A DNA stretch of 64,000 nucleotides from Eledone cirrhosa (Eukaryota), in contig OZ024741.1 in assembly GCA_964016885.1 (NCBI GenBank), forward strand, positions 321,408,001 through 321,472,000. Direction: 5' to 3'. The position numbers were made by a program, and so were the translations under genes. Below the pieces are notes generated by a model. That model had not been told where the DNA came from. It searched no databases and worked only from the letters and a program-made list of their open reading frames with translations. Positions 42,072-55,525 of the stretch are shown here, one piece after another (the first letter of the stretch is position 1; each line of letters starts with the position of its first letter).

Positions 42072-44178
42072 TTACCGTACTTTTCGTAGAGGAGGGATGG
42101 TTTTTACATCCCTTTTCACTTGATCGTCTGGTGAAGGGACCGTTGAATCGTCCCTTCGGCTGGTCGTCGGCTCTTCTATGAGTATGTCCGAATATACTCT
42201 TCGGTTGAGTGTCCCTCCTAGGTCTCTGAAATCACCAACTGCGTTGGGGAATTTCGTTTTAATGTTTGTGTATTGTTTCTGTGCTATTTTTAGCAGTCTT
42301 ATGTTAGTTGGCGTTTTGATTGGTGCTGGTATTATGTAGTCGTGTTGTGAAATGTCTGTGTGTTCAATTATGTAAGTCATTAGTTTCTTGTTGTGTGTAT
42401 TTATTGCCGTGCATTTGTTTTTCTGGGGGTAGGGTGTGGTTCTGCTATTTTCTTGTCGTTGTTGCTGGTGTGTGTGTTTTGTTGTTGTGTTTGCGATGTT
42501 GGTGCTTGTGGTGGTGGTGTTGAAGGTGTTGTTGTTGTTGGCGGTGGGGTTGTCGCCGGTGGTGATGGTGGTGCTAGTGTGGGTGGTGATGGTGTTGGTG
42601 GTGTTGCTGCTGTGAGTCTCTTTGCAGTAGCCTTTACCCTTTTTGCATTTCTTTCCTCCCTTTTCGAAGGCGACGATGCGCTGCTTCTGCGTTTGTGCCT
42701 TCTTACGACCTTTTGCCATCCCTCTCCCACCTCACACTCCATGTCTGATTCTGTGAGGTTGGGGAGGGGTACCAGCTCCACTCTTTCACTTGTTGTTGTT
42801 GGTGATGTTTGCACTGGAGTCTCTGTTGCAGCTTCATTTGGTATTGCTGTTGTTGTTGTTGTTAATACTTCCACTGCTGCTGCTGTTTTTGATTTCCGTG
42901 GCGTGGGTATGGGTGCCACGGACCTACCGTTCCTGATTGCCGCTTGTCCTGTTGCTGGTAGCCGTGGAGCCGGTTTCGGAAGGAGGGGGTTTTCTCCTTT
43001 CTCAGGGTATTCTCGTTGCAGAAGGCCCTGAGGTGAGTCTTCGATCCACAGCGAAAGCATTTCGGGCGTTTGCCCTCAACACTTATGGGCAGTTGAGTGC
43101 CGTTATCGAAGTCTATCACATCCGGGATAGCTTCGATGCACTCCTGGTTGGTTTGGATTAACATCTCAATGGAGGTGCCGACCCAATCTTCTCTTACTTT
43201 TTTCTGTACTTGCAGTACAGTTGTTTTGTCCTCGATTCCGACGAAGACAGACGCGGCCAGCCAAGAAGGGGCCATCCCGGGGGGGATGTGGGTCAGTTTG
43301 ACCCTCACAATTTTTTTCCCGCAGTAGGAGGGCACCAACACCATTTCCTCGCTCCTTAGGGTCACTAAGGATTGAGCCTTTGCCTCCTGGGGTGTGGCAA
43401 AAAGTACGTCTACGGTGGCATATTTCTTGCCTCGGGTGATGTGCGTTTTCCGCTGCCACACAGACCCCAAAGCTTTTTGTATTTGAGCCTCTGTGGCTCT
43501 TTCAACCCTACGGGATTTTGTACTTACTGAACGGTACGTGACCGTACAGTGCTGTTGGGTTTCGAAAAACTTTTCGGCTGCCTTGCAGATTGCTCGGTGT
43601 CCAGTCTTTGTCACCATCTTCTTCGCTTCCTCTAATTCCTCATTTGTTATGAGGATGGTTTCCAGGTTCTTTGAGATACCTGCAAACGAGATTGGTTTTT
43701 CTTTGCTGCTGTTGTTGTTGTTGTCGTCAGAGCTGCTGTTACTTTTGTTGTTGCTGCAGGTACTACGACTACTGCCGCCGCCGCTGTTGCTGTGGTTGTT
43801 GTTGTTGTTGCTGCTGCTAATGCTGTTGTTGTTTATGCTGCTGATGATGCTGTTGCGGCTGCTACTATTGTTTTCCGTGTCACTGTTGCTGTTGTTATTA
43901 CGGCTGCTACTGCTATTATTCCTGACGTCAGACGAATGAAATGGGTTTTCGTATTTCCCGCACACCTGTTTCGTCGTTGTCGTCGTCGTGGAGAAATCTT
44001 GCATGCTTTGCACGAGATTTTTCTTTTCTGTCGTCGCTTGCGAAAGAGAAGGGAGGGAGAGAGACACATTTAAAGAAGGGAGGGAGAGAGACAATCTTCT
44101 CTCTGCTGTAGTGACGATTGAGGAAGAAGAAGACGGAATGAGTGGGAGTGACCTATGAAAATTCTTTTTCGTAGCCAT
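42072..44178 (-). pseudogene. Tx1-like ORF1 (zinc knuckle), frameshifted
   Basis: Starts MATKKNF; contains CFRCGSKTHLRAFC; split over three frames; N/S- and T/P-rich linkers. Confidence 0.8.
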
Positions 44179-44394
44179 GTTGTTTTTTTTGTTTAAAATA
44201 AATATTGGGCACAAAACCCCAATAAGCGGTTATTTAACCCCGAAGGGCCAAATAACGGGCAAAAAGACCCCTCTCACGAGGAGGAAGGTGTTTTTTTCTA
44301 CAAGTTGGTTAAAGTTTTAAACAATTTACAATTGTTATATCGGTCAATATTTACAATACCTTACAGAGCCGAGCCTCCGTCAACCATAGCATTC

Positions 44395-44455
<61 letters not shown>

Positions 44456-44456
<1 letters not shown>

Positions 44457-46249
44457 ATGGTGCCTCATTCTTGGATCACCAAAAGCCTGGAGATCTTCAA
44501 GGTGGCAGATAACATCAGACAGTTGTTGGGAAAAAGTATGAAGTCCTGGGAAACAGAGTTAACATCAACTGGAGGATCCTTGGGAAGCGTGAAGATCAAG
44601 AGAGGTATCTTCCAGGGAGATAGTCTGTCCCCTCTGTTGTTTGTCCTTGCCCTGATGCCCCTGACCAGTGTACTGCGAAAAGTGAGAGCAGGATACAGGT
44701 TGGGAAAGGGAGGGCTTACCATCAATCACCTCCTCTTCATGGACGATCTTAAGCTCTTCGAGAAGAGTGAGGAGTTGGATGTGCTTGTTGACACTGTCCG
44801 TATTTTCAGCAATGATATATGTATGCAATTTGGTATTAGTAAGTGTGGAGTCATTGTGATGAAGAGGGGTAAGTTGAGCAGAAGTAACGGAATCCAGGTA
44901 CCAACAGGTGAGATGATAAAGGAAATTGACTCTGAAGAATGATACAAGTATTTGGGCGTTCTGGAGGCTGATGACATCAAGAACAAAAAAATGAAGGAAT
45001 TGTTAAGAACTGAATACATTCGGAGAATAAGGAGCATATTGAAGTCACATCTGAACAGTAGGAATGCCATAAGTGCAGTAAATTCCCGAGCTGTGTCTAT
45101 TATTAGGTACAGTGTGGGAATTCTGAGATGGAATGTTGTTGAACAAAAAGAAATGGATAGGAAGACTAGGAAGCTATTGACTATCTACAAAATGTTCCAC
45201 AAGAGGAGTGATGTCGATAGACTCTACTTAAGGAGATCTGAAGGTGGAAGAGGTCTTATCAGCATAGAGGACTGTGTTCAGATGGAGAAAAACAACCTAC
45301 ACAAATACGTGACTGATAGTAAGGAGCCAATGCTCAGAACTGTACTGAAGGAGGGGACAATAGGCCAGGGGATGTCCAAGGAGGAAATAACATCAAGGAG
45401 AAAGAGCAGCCTTCAGGAAAAATCCCTTCATAGTACCTTCTTTGAGAAAACTGAATTTAGAGACCCACAGACATGGAACTGGTTGAAAAGAGGAGACCTT
45501 AAAAAGGCTACAGAAGGAATGTTAATGGCTGCGCAGGAGCAGGCCCTCAAAACGAAGTGGTTGAAACACCATATTTACAAGGAGGAAGCTAGCCCACTGT
45601 GCAGGATCTGTGGAGAGAGAGAGAAGACTGTGGCTCACATTGTATCCGAGTGTAAACACCTAGCCCAGACTCACTATAAGGGCTGGAGACATGATGTGAT
45701 GCGCAGGGTGATCCACTGGCACCTATGCAAAGTAAACAATTTACCACATTCTGAGAAGTGGTATGAGCATAAGCCAGAGGCGGTGATAGAAAACGATCAG
45801 GTGAAGGTGCTGTGGGATTTTAGGATACAGACGGACAAGAAACTGGAACACAATAGACCTGACCTGGTGGTTGTGGACAAAGAAAAAAGATCGTGCCTGA
45901 TTGTGGATGTGACCTGCCCATTCGACACGAGAGTAGAAGAGAAGGAGAGGGAGAAAATTAACCGATACCAGGACTTAAAGTGGGAGGTAAAAAGGATTTG
46001 GAACTGCCATGAAGTCAAAGTGATCCTGATTGTCATAGGCGCACTAGGGACTATCTCAAAAAGTTTCCAGGGATGGTTAAAGAAAATTGGCCCCTTCACG
46101 CTTTTGGGAACGCTTCAAAAGGCATGCTTGCTGGGAACAGCAAGAACCCTCCGATACGTCCTGAATATCTGAGGCTGCAGGTAGTGGCTTGATATTCATT
46201 TCAACAAACTTTCCAGTTAACTAACATCAATGACTGAGACTCAAAGAAC

Positions 46250-46250
<1 letters not shown>
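44456..46250 (+). mobile_element. 5'-truncated R4/Dong-like RLE non-LTR retrotransposon
   Basis: GIFQGDSLSPLLF, HLLFMDDLKL, GGRGL, CRIC..HIVSEC, RPDLVV..IVDV..KINRYQDL; one TGA at ~44940; flanked by (AAT)n. Confidence 0.9.
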
Positions 46251-46308
<58 letters not shown>

Positions 46309-46309
<1 letters not shown>

Positions 46310-47177
46310 GAGCTAACAATCCTGATGTTGACAAAACTTTAACCCATCAGTGGTTGGCATCCTCTGGACTGAAATCGGAGACTGAAGGACTGATTATATC
46401 CGCACAAGATCAGTGTCTGCCAACAAAAAATTACCAAGCCAACATAATAAAAAATGGGTGCAGCCCATTATGCCGTGTATGCAAAAAACAACCAGAGACC
46501 ATTGACCATATAATTTCAATGTGCAGTCCTATAGCTCCAACCGAATACCTAAACAGGCATGACAGAGCTGCACAATACATACATTGGATAATGTGCAAGC
46601 ATTTTGACCTGCCCCATCAAAAGAATTGGTGGGAGCATCAACCACCTCCCATACTTGAAAAAGATCACATCTCAATCTTGTGGAACTTTAGCATCCAAAC
46701 AGACCGAAAAATAGATGCAAATAGACCTGATATAATATTGAAGGACTTTCAAAGGAGGGTATGTCTGCTAATTGATATGTCTGTTCCAATAGACAAGAAT
46801 GTATCTATAAAAACATTTGAAAAATTGAGCAAGTATAAGGACCTGGAGATAGAAATTGGAAAAATGTGGAAATTGAGAACTAAAACAATACCAGTGGTTG
46901 TAGGCGCTCTGGGAATGATACCTAAGGGGTCTAACGACTACTTATCGCAAATCCCAGGAAACCCGCGTATAGGAGAAATACAAAAGATAGTACTAATGGG
47001 AACTGCCCATATACTAAGGAAGATCCTGTCAATATAAGTACATCACAAGTCTAAACACTAAGGATGCATGTGTGAATATGTGTGTTCTTTCTTGAACATG
47101 GCGGACCTTGTTGTCTCTTGAGGTCACTGGTTGTGACTTGGTGATAACTCGTATAAACATAAAGCAAGATAAATGCA
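46309..47177 (+). mobile_element. Second 5'-truncated R4/Dong-like element (different family)
   Basis: ETEGLIISAQDQ..CRVC..HIISMC..RHD..RPDIIL..IDM..KLSKYKDL; (AAT)n on both sides. Confidence 0.9.
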
Positions 47178-47208
<31 letters not shown>

Positions 47209-47754
47209 GTTTTTGAGTCCATCGTGAGGATTTCCCCGCCCTCTTCCTTTAGCCGGGAAGGGCAGGCAGTTTTTATCTGTCTGGTGGCCATGGCGAAAGA
47301 GATAGTATGGTGGACACGTTTGAAAGGGCTGAAGACGAGCACTTACCTCTTCGGTGATGCACTGATTAACTTTTTCAAATTTCATTTGAAAAGGAAAATC
47401 AGGGTAGAGAGGGAAGTGCTCTCTTCCCAGCATTTTGTTGAAAGATGGTTGAGAGAGGCAAGAATGGCCCGAGTGAATGGGCCTACTCTGAGTATGTGTC
47501 TGTAAATTAAAGGTGGAAAACTGGGAGAGGGCACTTGCCCTGGTGGTCAGGGTCACTGTGGTCATTTAATGGGCTTTCTCCACAAATTTCCCTCCGAAGT
47601 CTCCCCCCTATTGGGGAATTTTTCATTGTTTATTTTTTTGTTACATCCTGTTTTTGTTATTTACACGCAGAAATGCCCTTTTGTACCGTCCTGTATTGTC
47701 CTGTACTGTCCTTAATGTCTACTTCGTGTAAACCCTTGTGGTTAATAAAGAAAG

Positions 47755-47756
<2 letters not shown>
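47209..47756 (+). mobile_element. 3' fragment of the same Tx1 family
   Basis: Close reverse-complement match to 38912-39452; followed by (ATT)n. Confidence 0.92.
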
Positions 47757-47835
<79 letters not shown>

Positions 47836-48159
47836 CATCATCATCATTATCATCATCATCATCATTATTATTATTATTATTGTTGTTATTGTTTCTTTAT
47901 TTTACCGGAAAAGCAATATAAATACACGTCATTAAAATGCAATAACTAAGACAAACATTTGGGCTTTACATACACAAATCACAAAAATAAATAAGAAACC
48001 ACAAATTTGATTACAACATAAAACTATGTACGGCTCTGTATATCTAAATATATGTGCGCACGTATGTAAATATAATATAAACTCACCTACATCCTATATA
48101 CACATTGGACACACACCGCATAGGTGTATATGTGTATATGTGTGTGTGCTTGTATCTTT

Positions 48160-48253
<94 letters not shown>

Positions 48254-48335
48254 TATATATATATGTATATATATATATGTATATATATGTATATATATGT
48301 ATGTATATATGTATGTATGTATATATATATATGTG

Positions 48336-48444
<109 letters not shown>

Positions 48445-48449
48445 GTATG

Positions 48450-48480
<31 letters not shown>

Positions 48481-48823
48481 ATTCATGCGTGTACACATAA
48501 TATAAACATATATTCATTTTTAATTATAAAATTTGTTCCCTGGCGGATATACCCTTTCTCATTTTAAATTCACCATTCTCACGCAGCTTTCATGAAATTT
48601 AATGAACGGGACGAAGCAAATGTTCTTTCTCAATCCTTAACTTTTCTTTTCATTAAACTACTTTAAGCCTGTATTTTACACCTCTGACTTTTTCTTCTTT
48701 CTTCTCCAATCCCTAACTCCCTCCCCTATTTCCCCTCTGATCTTCTCCGACCACCTCTCTCTTAGCTAACAATTTTACTTTTTCTCAACAACCCCCACCT
48801 ATACATTACACACTATGTATCTA

Positions 48824-49501
48824 TCTATATACTACTAAAACTCTGTGATTGTATGCTTGTCTGTAATTTAATACAGCCAAAACAGCGCATAACGGGAAAA
48901 TGCTTTGAAAGAAAGTTGCCCCTTAAATGGGAATGCAAATGGAATAAAACAAGTTTCGCGTAAATCGTAGTACGGGTTCCCGTGATATGGGTTTTTTCCG
49001 GGTACCTTTATAAATAGAGAGAGAGAGAGGAAGATAGAGAGAAAGAGATAGTGGTTGTGAGAGAGTATATTGAAAGAGAGACATAGAGAGAGAGAGAGAA
49101 GGAGACAGTCAAGGAAAATGGAAGAGAGAGAGGGAGCTGGTTGTGTTGTTGAATGAAATTATAACAGGTGACTTCAAAGAATCGAATACAGCATTAATGT
49201 ATCTAGATCAAATTTGGTGACTGAATATTAAGTCATATGTATCATATAACTTGTGTTAGGACAGGATGTGTGTGTGTGTGTGACCAGTATACATAGGTCA
49301 CAGGCACCCACATACACACATACACTCACACACACACACACATATACATATATATATGTGTGTGTGGGCCTTCCAATTTCATTTTACATTATATACATGA
49401 CTGCGTATATTCTAATTATTTAAAAATCCTTTTTAAGTGAACATGATTTTTTTTAATATATTTTTAAGGGAACGTGACCCAACGGGTCACGGGTGGTCTA
49501 G
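48824..49501 (+). mobile_element. Non-autonomous Helitron
   Basis: A|TCTATATACTACTAAAAC 5' end; 3' hairpin CGTGACCC-AAC-GGGTCACG, then GGTGGT-CTAG|T. Confidence 0.85.
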
Positions 49502-49577
49502 TCTCTTACAACATTACATCCTTCTTCGTGTACTTGTCTACTTAAAAGCGACACAAACAATTTTCTTTTTGTTTTAC

Positions 49578-49610
49578 TCTCAAAAGAAGGACCAAACCTG
49601 AAACGTCAGA
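49578..49610 (+). ncRNA. Decayed minimal hammerhead
   Basis: TCT-CAAAAGA-AGG(ACCAAA)CCT-GAA-ACGT-C-AGA; the core is mutated. Confidence 0.45.
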
Positions 49611-49874
49611 TACTCCACATCTCACGTCAAAGAAACCTTTAGTTCTCACCTATTAACTAGTTGTTGTTATCACCAGTTTCCACAGTTTCTAATGGTACCT
49701 CTGACAGTTTGGCCGAAGAAAAGAAAATTGATCGATCTTTCTCTATATATATTGTAATGAGTTGCTGCCCAACGGCTGAGCTCTTACCATTATCCTCTTG
49801 CCGTCTACTTTCGTAAGTATCGTGTACTCAACTGAACAATATTCCCAATCCATGCGTGCGTGTGTGTGTGTGCA

Positions 49875-49908
<34 letters not shown>

Positions 49909-50123
49909 TGTGTGTGTGTGTGTGTAGTCATTTTATATGTCCGCTTATCATTGGTACCTTCTGCCTTGTGAAGCAACCCCTACTTTTGTTAAACGAACCA
50001 AATAGGTGATTTGACCTGCAAGAAATAGCATCCAAATATTTTTAAAATCGCATTCTATCATCAAAAAGCAAGAAGGACATGTTTGAAAATTAAATCATGC
50101 ATAGAAAGATTATTGAAGAATTC

Positions 50124-50161
<38 letters not shown>

Positions 50162-50208
50162 TATATATATATATTTAAAAGAATAGAGTTGTAACACACG
50201 AGTTGTGA

Positions 50209-50473
50209 TATATTAGTAAAAGGAAAAGAAAATGTTGACGAATTTTTCCCAGTGAAAAATAGTTTAATTAGGAATAAGTATAAATTAGTAATAAGTATTG
50301 GTTAGTATTCAGTTTTAGTTTAAGTTTTTACCGGTTGCGCATTTCTAATGCTTTTCAAAAATAATTTTAAGATAGAGCGCCTGTGATGTTTGCTCTAATT
50401 ACTAATTTATACTTATACCTAATTAAACTATTTTTCACTGGGAAAAAATTGTCAGCATTTTCTTTTCCTTTTA

Positions 50474-50480
<7 letters not shown>
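50209..50480. mobile_element. Mini Penelope-type insertion: ~80-bp inverted arms enclosing a hammerhead
   Basis: 50209-50292 is the reverse complement of 50398-50480; minus-strand TTT-TTGAAAA-GCATT(AGA)AATGC-GCA-ACCGGT-A-AAA at 50325-50361. Confidence 0.7.
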
Positions 50481-50536
<56 letters not shown>

Positions 50537-50540
<4 letters not shown>

Positions 50541-52070
50541 AAAAAAAGATGAAATCGAAAATGCAACTGCAGTCTTATTTTTTTTTAAATATATATATTT
50601 ATTTGGTTCCTTTACCGGTTTCGCAGTTCTTCTGCTTTTCAAAAGTAGAGTTGAGATGGAGGGTCTGTGGTTTTCCTCACATCTGGTTAGTCTTTGAATG
50701 TTACTTGTTTTATATGGAAAAAAGTGGCTCGAAACACCACTTTTTAGAGAAGTAATTTGATTGGTTTGTCAATAATTATAATAAATTTCGCGTCAGTTCG
50801 CGTTACAAAGTTCTTCAAACAGGGGGGGGGGGGGGGGGGGGCTCGGGTTGTTTTTTCGTATATGAGTGTTTGAATTTCTTTTTACTTAAAAAAGGGGGCT
50901 CGCGAAGGGTTTTTTTAATAAACGTAATTTGATTGGTTATAAATGAAATTATAGCTGTCACGTGAACAAGTTTCATTAAATTTCGCGCCCGTATTTGGAA
51001 ATCTATTCTGTACTCTTTTTAGAGAATGTTATGACAAGCAAAAGATAATGGTCAAGAGAAATGAGATGGGATAATTGTTCTGGTTCAGTGAATATGGTTA
51101 GTTCGCTGGGGTGTCAGAATTCAGATTTTCTATTGAAATAAAGAAAGTAAAGATATGTATGTTTATTTGTGCGCTTGTGTGTGTGTGTGTATTGGAAGAT
51201 GATTCTATTAGTAGAAATGGGGGAGGCAGTTGTGTGTGTGTATATATGGGTGTTATGTGTGTGTGCGTGTGTGGGAGTATGTTAAGATGGAGAGAATATA
51301 TATATTTTGTGTGTATATATGTGTAGGAAAGTGATTCTATTAGTAGAAATGGGGGAGGGAGTTGTGTGTGTGGGGGGTGGGGGTTGTTATGTGTGTGTAT
51401 GGGTGTTATGTGTGTGTGGGAGTATGGTTAGCATGTTAAGATGAAGAGAATATATATATATATTGTGTGTGTGTGTGTAGGAAAATGATTCCTTTAGTAG
51501 GAATATTTTTGAATGAACATATTTTCCTTACTTATTCGTATTTATTCTGTTGTATTGTCAGCGCAAACGTATGTTAAGGTTTATTTAGTTCGGGTTTTTA
51601 TTTTCTAAAGTAGCAGGTGTTATGTGTGTGTATATGTGTCTGTTTGGATGGTTAGAATGTTATGGTGTTGACATAATGTATATTAGACCATATTTAATGC
51701 TGGTCTATATTTTTGAATAAACATATTTTCCTTATTTATTCGTATTTGTTCTGTTGTATTGTTAGCGCAAAGGTAAAGTGGGAAGACTTGGAATTTGGGT
51801 GTCTTATTACTTGCGCATATGTCTAGATATGCGCTTAGTGGTATCTGTCTCGTGGTTGGATCTCGTAATTGTTGGCGATGAACTGTCATTCTGTTTCTGA
51901 GTGTGAGTTTAGTTTGTCCTATATAATCTTCATTGCATCCTTTACATTTAATTGCATAAATTAGATTTTTTGATGAGCAAGTGAAGTGATTTTTTACAGC
52001 AAAATTTTGTCCTAATTTAAATGTATACGTGTTGCCTTCAATGGGGTGAGTGCAGGTAATATTTATATTT
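50537..52070 (-). mobile_element. Truncated Penelope-like element (GIY-YIG plus pLTR)
   Basis: 51683-52060 reads FTCSSKNLIYAIKCKGCNEDYIGQT..RMTVHRQQ..KENMFI..PALN; the pLTR is shared with 6356-6950. Confidence 0.88.
50609..50645 (-). ncRNA. Minimal hammerhead, U3-A8 variant
   Basis: Same motif as 6427-6464. Confidence 0.78.
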
Positions 52071-52279
52071 ATGAAAGTAATCAAGAATATGAAAGTAATA
52101 TTTATGAAAGTAATCAAGAATATGAAGACATTTAGTGATGTAACTAACTTTCTCATTATTTATCTTGTGTTTGGGTCATAACTTGACGAAAGTTCTTATA
52201 TAAAATCACGCTGGAAGGTTTTTAGATACATATAAATACATTAAAATAAACAGTTTTATATCGTCGATTTCAAGCAGCA

Positions 52280-53450
52280 TGGTGACAAAGAGGTTAAGAA
52301 GGGGGTCTCAAGATTCATGTGCTAATATAAAGACACTCGGTCATTGATCTGTCTTGATAACAGACGTTCAACATAATTCTATCGAAGTGATCCATAGATA
52401 CTAAATGAGTGCATAAACAACTTTTTATTGACATGTCTGATAAACCAGGCTAATCGAAAATCAGTAGCTTTCCATCCCGGGCCAAGAATCTTTACATATT
52501 ACCTGAGCTTCAAAACCTCAAAACATTTAACAACATTCCCATGGACGCCTAGAGTATCACCCATTTTCAGTTATAGTCACGCTTTTAATTGGCTCTCTAT
52601 CAGAAAACCGAGAGTATCCCTTACCTGGTCGCTCTATCTACTAGAGATAGTAAACAAATCTTCCTTAAATCTTTCCCTGCCATCTTCAAAATAAAAGAGA
52701 TGTTAGATAATATGGTTCTAGATATACTGTGTATGCAAATGAAACAGGATCGTCGTAGTTGAAATAGCTATGATTATAGATCTGCTGAATCAAATGAAGA
52801 TAAACAGTAAAAGCTAATAGCTTTTATATAATATATGATATTGCGGTCCACTGGGCGTATTTCTCACTGCTTAGGGTTCCTTTTAGCAGAATTGTTAGGA
52901 CATCTGACAAAATACTTGGAAGCACTCAGTTACGGTTCTTTATGTTTACATTTTGCCGATGTCAATTTTGTCTTTCATTTCTTCCCAGGTCAAAAAATTG
53001 AATATCAGTCAAGTTCCAGGGTCGATATATTCGACTTTCCCTTTCCCCAAAAAATTACTGGAATTGTGCTTATATTGAAAACCATTATCTGCGCATGTGT
53101 GTGCTTTATCAGTCACTACATCCCGAGATCTAATTCCTCAGATCAGAAAGCTTTCAAGTGATTCTTACTACCACAGGCATAACGGATGATGTCTTGCACC
53201 ACAATTTGTTTCCGCATCCAGAAATTCCATCTGAAGATTTTGATGGTAGTAGATGGAAATTCTGACAAAAGAATAGTTACCTTCCGCAAAGGGGAAAATA
53301 ATGGATGTCCCTGTGGTACGGTTGCGGTAACAAACATCTATATTTCTTCGATAGTGAATCATCGATGGATTCGGCGATCAAGTAATAATACACAACCGTA
53401 GCGAAGCTATGCAGAGTTTCGTTATCGTCGCCCGATCACTTTGGGATAGC
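52280..53450 (-). pseudogene. Possible decayed hAT-like transposase
   Basis: Residual 'NYVERLLS...MNLET' near 52300-52380 resembles the hAT C-terminal motif; many stops. Confidence 0.3.
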
Positions 53451-53915
53451 GTCTTCTCAGTCTTTTTCTGGGTGAATAAGATTGGTCATTCTAGTTGTCA
53501 AGTCGTTTAATTATCCAAACCAGACCAGAGCTCTTTAACTGATCTTCAGTCCAGCTACAAATGCTTGTCGACATAAATTTACTTCTCCAAATACTAAACC
53601 TCAAACTCACTAATGTTTCAATATCGGGAGTGCCCAACACCCTCTTAATGTTAAAGACACTACCTACCTGTGATCCACTTGGAACTTCCGCAGTAAAAAC
53701 TCAAGAGGCAAAGCGTATAAAAGCAGTAACTGGTCTCTCGGATTTTCTTCCCTCTATCACCAGCCACAAATTCCTAACTTCCAATATGTTTAGTGAGAAA
53801 GAATATCCGAGATGATTACCTTGAGTGTCTTTACTGCTATAATAAGCTTTTAAAACATCTTTATTTAAGATGAGTCTTACATCATCAAAATCTTTCATTA
53901 AAAGACGACGACTAT

Positions 53916-54109
53916 CAGACCTGTCAACTCTCCCCGTCCGACGGGGAGATCTCACACTCACTTTGGGGTGGATGAGAGATGCCTTCTATTGTGAAAATGG
54001 GTATAGCTTTCATTATATAAAATCTCCCCATTGTGCTTCAATTCTCCCCGTTTTGGGGCACTTTTTTCATGGTACTCCCCGTTTGGATTTTTAGAGGTTG
54101 GCAGGTCTG
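53916..54109. mobile_element. 194-bp MITE with 6-bp TSD
   Basis: GACTAT|CAGACCTGTCAACTC ... GAGGTTGGCAGGTCTG|GACTAT. Confidence 0.85.
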
Positions 54110-55525
54110 GACTATATACCAGAAAATTATCTATATAGAGCGTTTAAGACACATTTACCAATCCTTAGATGCAGTAGTATTTGAAGGATGGTCACCTATA
54201 GAATACCTTTGATCATAGCTCTGCTCAATCTAAGCTGACCAAGGGATAAAAAACAACAATATTACTTTGAATTGAGTCTCGGGTACTTAATTATACAATC
54301 TCCAAAGCCATCTTGATCACGTCTTTCAAATTCCTTATTCTCTGTAAAAGACAACGATAGTCTATTGTATTTTGCTGGGTATTATTTTTTCGAAATACAT
54401 TTCTTTTCTGTACTGACGTTGACACCATACAGTGTTTTGCTTTTTATCCGGAATCTAAGACTTCAATAAAGGAATTCAATCCTTATTTCTTTCTATATAT
54501 ATTTTTTTTCAAAATCGTATTTTGGGGAATGTAATTTCCTCCTTGCTATTGATATGTATTATTCACAGCAGCATCGTGCTGACGGCCACACACTCTCTAC
54601 ATGCACCTGAGAAACATCCCGCACCTTTGTTTTCTCCTTTTGTATTGTTGTCGCTCTTGCTGCTACAAATGTTGTCCACGTAGTTGTTTTTTTTTGTTCC
54701 TGTTGATACTATTGTTGTTATTATTGTTGTTGTTAGCAATGTTATTTTTGTTGATGATGTCATTGTTACTGTTCTTGATGTTATTGCTGTTCTCGTTATT
54801 AATGTTGTTGTTGATGTTAGTGATGATAGTGGCTGGGGGGTGCTTTTGTCAATGTTCTCGTTATTGATACAGATGTTTAATTGAAAATAGGTCTTGCTTT
54901 TTTTTTTCTTTTCCTCTGTCCTCCACAACACCCCACGCCACCCCAGTTACCAGTTTTATTCTTTAAAAATATCTTCCACTCTGTTATTTCTATTGCAGCT
55001 ATGTTGAACGTTGAATGTGTATATCCTTACTTTCACTGTTAAAGCAAATAACAACCAGTGAAATTCAGCTATCGCCTCTCTTCCTTGATAAATGATAACA
55101 CATAACAAATAGATAAATATCACAAAACCTAACCAACATTTGAGGAAACAAATATTGCAACACTTTCAAACATGGCCAGTTTTAAAATATGTAATACCCA
55201 ACAATGATAATAATAAAAGCAGCCGTTATTTTTATTTTGCTATTATTGTGATCATCGTATTTTCAACAGTTTTATGCGAGTTACTACTGCACCATCGCAT
55301 GCACACTCGTATTTATGAGGTGAGTATAGCATTGTCTTCTTTTACATGTAGACATGTTATTTTAGAGTTTGATCTGTTGTGCAATGTGAGTTGTGTTGTT
55401 GTTTATGTAGTATCGACTATGTTATACTAATGGTGGGCGATAACTGTATGGAATGTTAGTTCTGTGTTAAAGTGTGTAATCTGCACTATAATGGCGGCTA
55501 ACAATTATATAAGTGTATGTTTCGT

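Larger units (their letters stand above)
38912..44394 (-). mobile_element. Near-full-length Tx1/L1-clade non-LTR retrotransposon in (ATT)n
   Basis: 5' UTR, ORF1, ORF2 (APE-RT) and 3' UTR with AATAAA; (AAT)n at 38869-38911 and 44395-44455. Confidence 0.92.

Noticed and set aside
43030-43075. Plus-strand CTGAGGTGAG...CGAAAGC as a hammerhead
   Set aside because: It lacks the CTGAnGA core and stems; it is the antisense of the ORF1 zinc knuckle.
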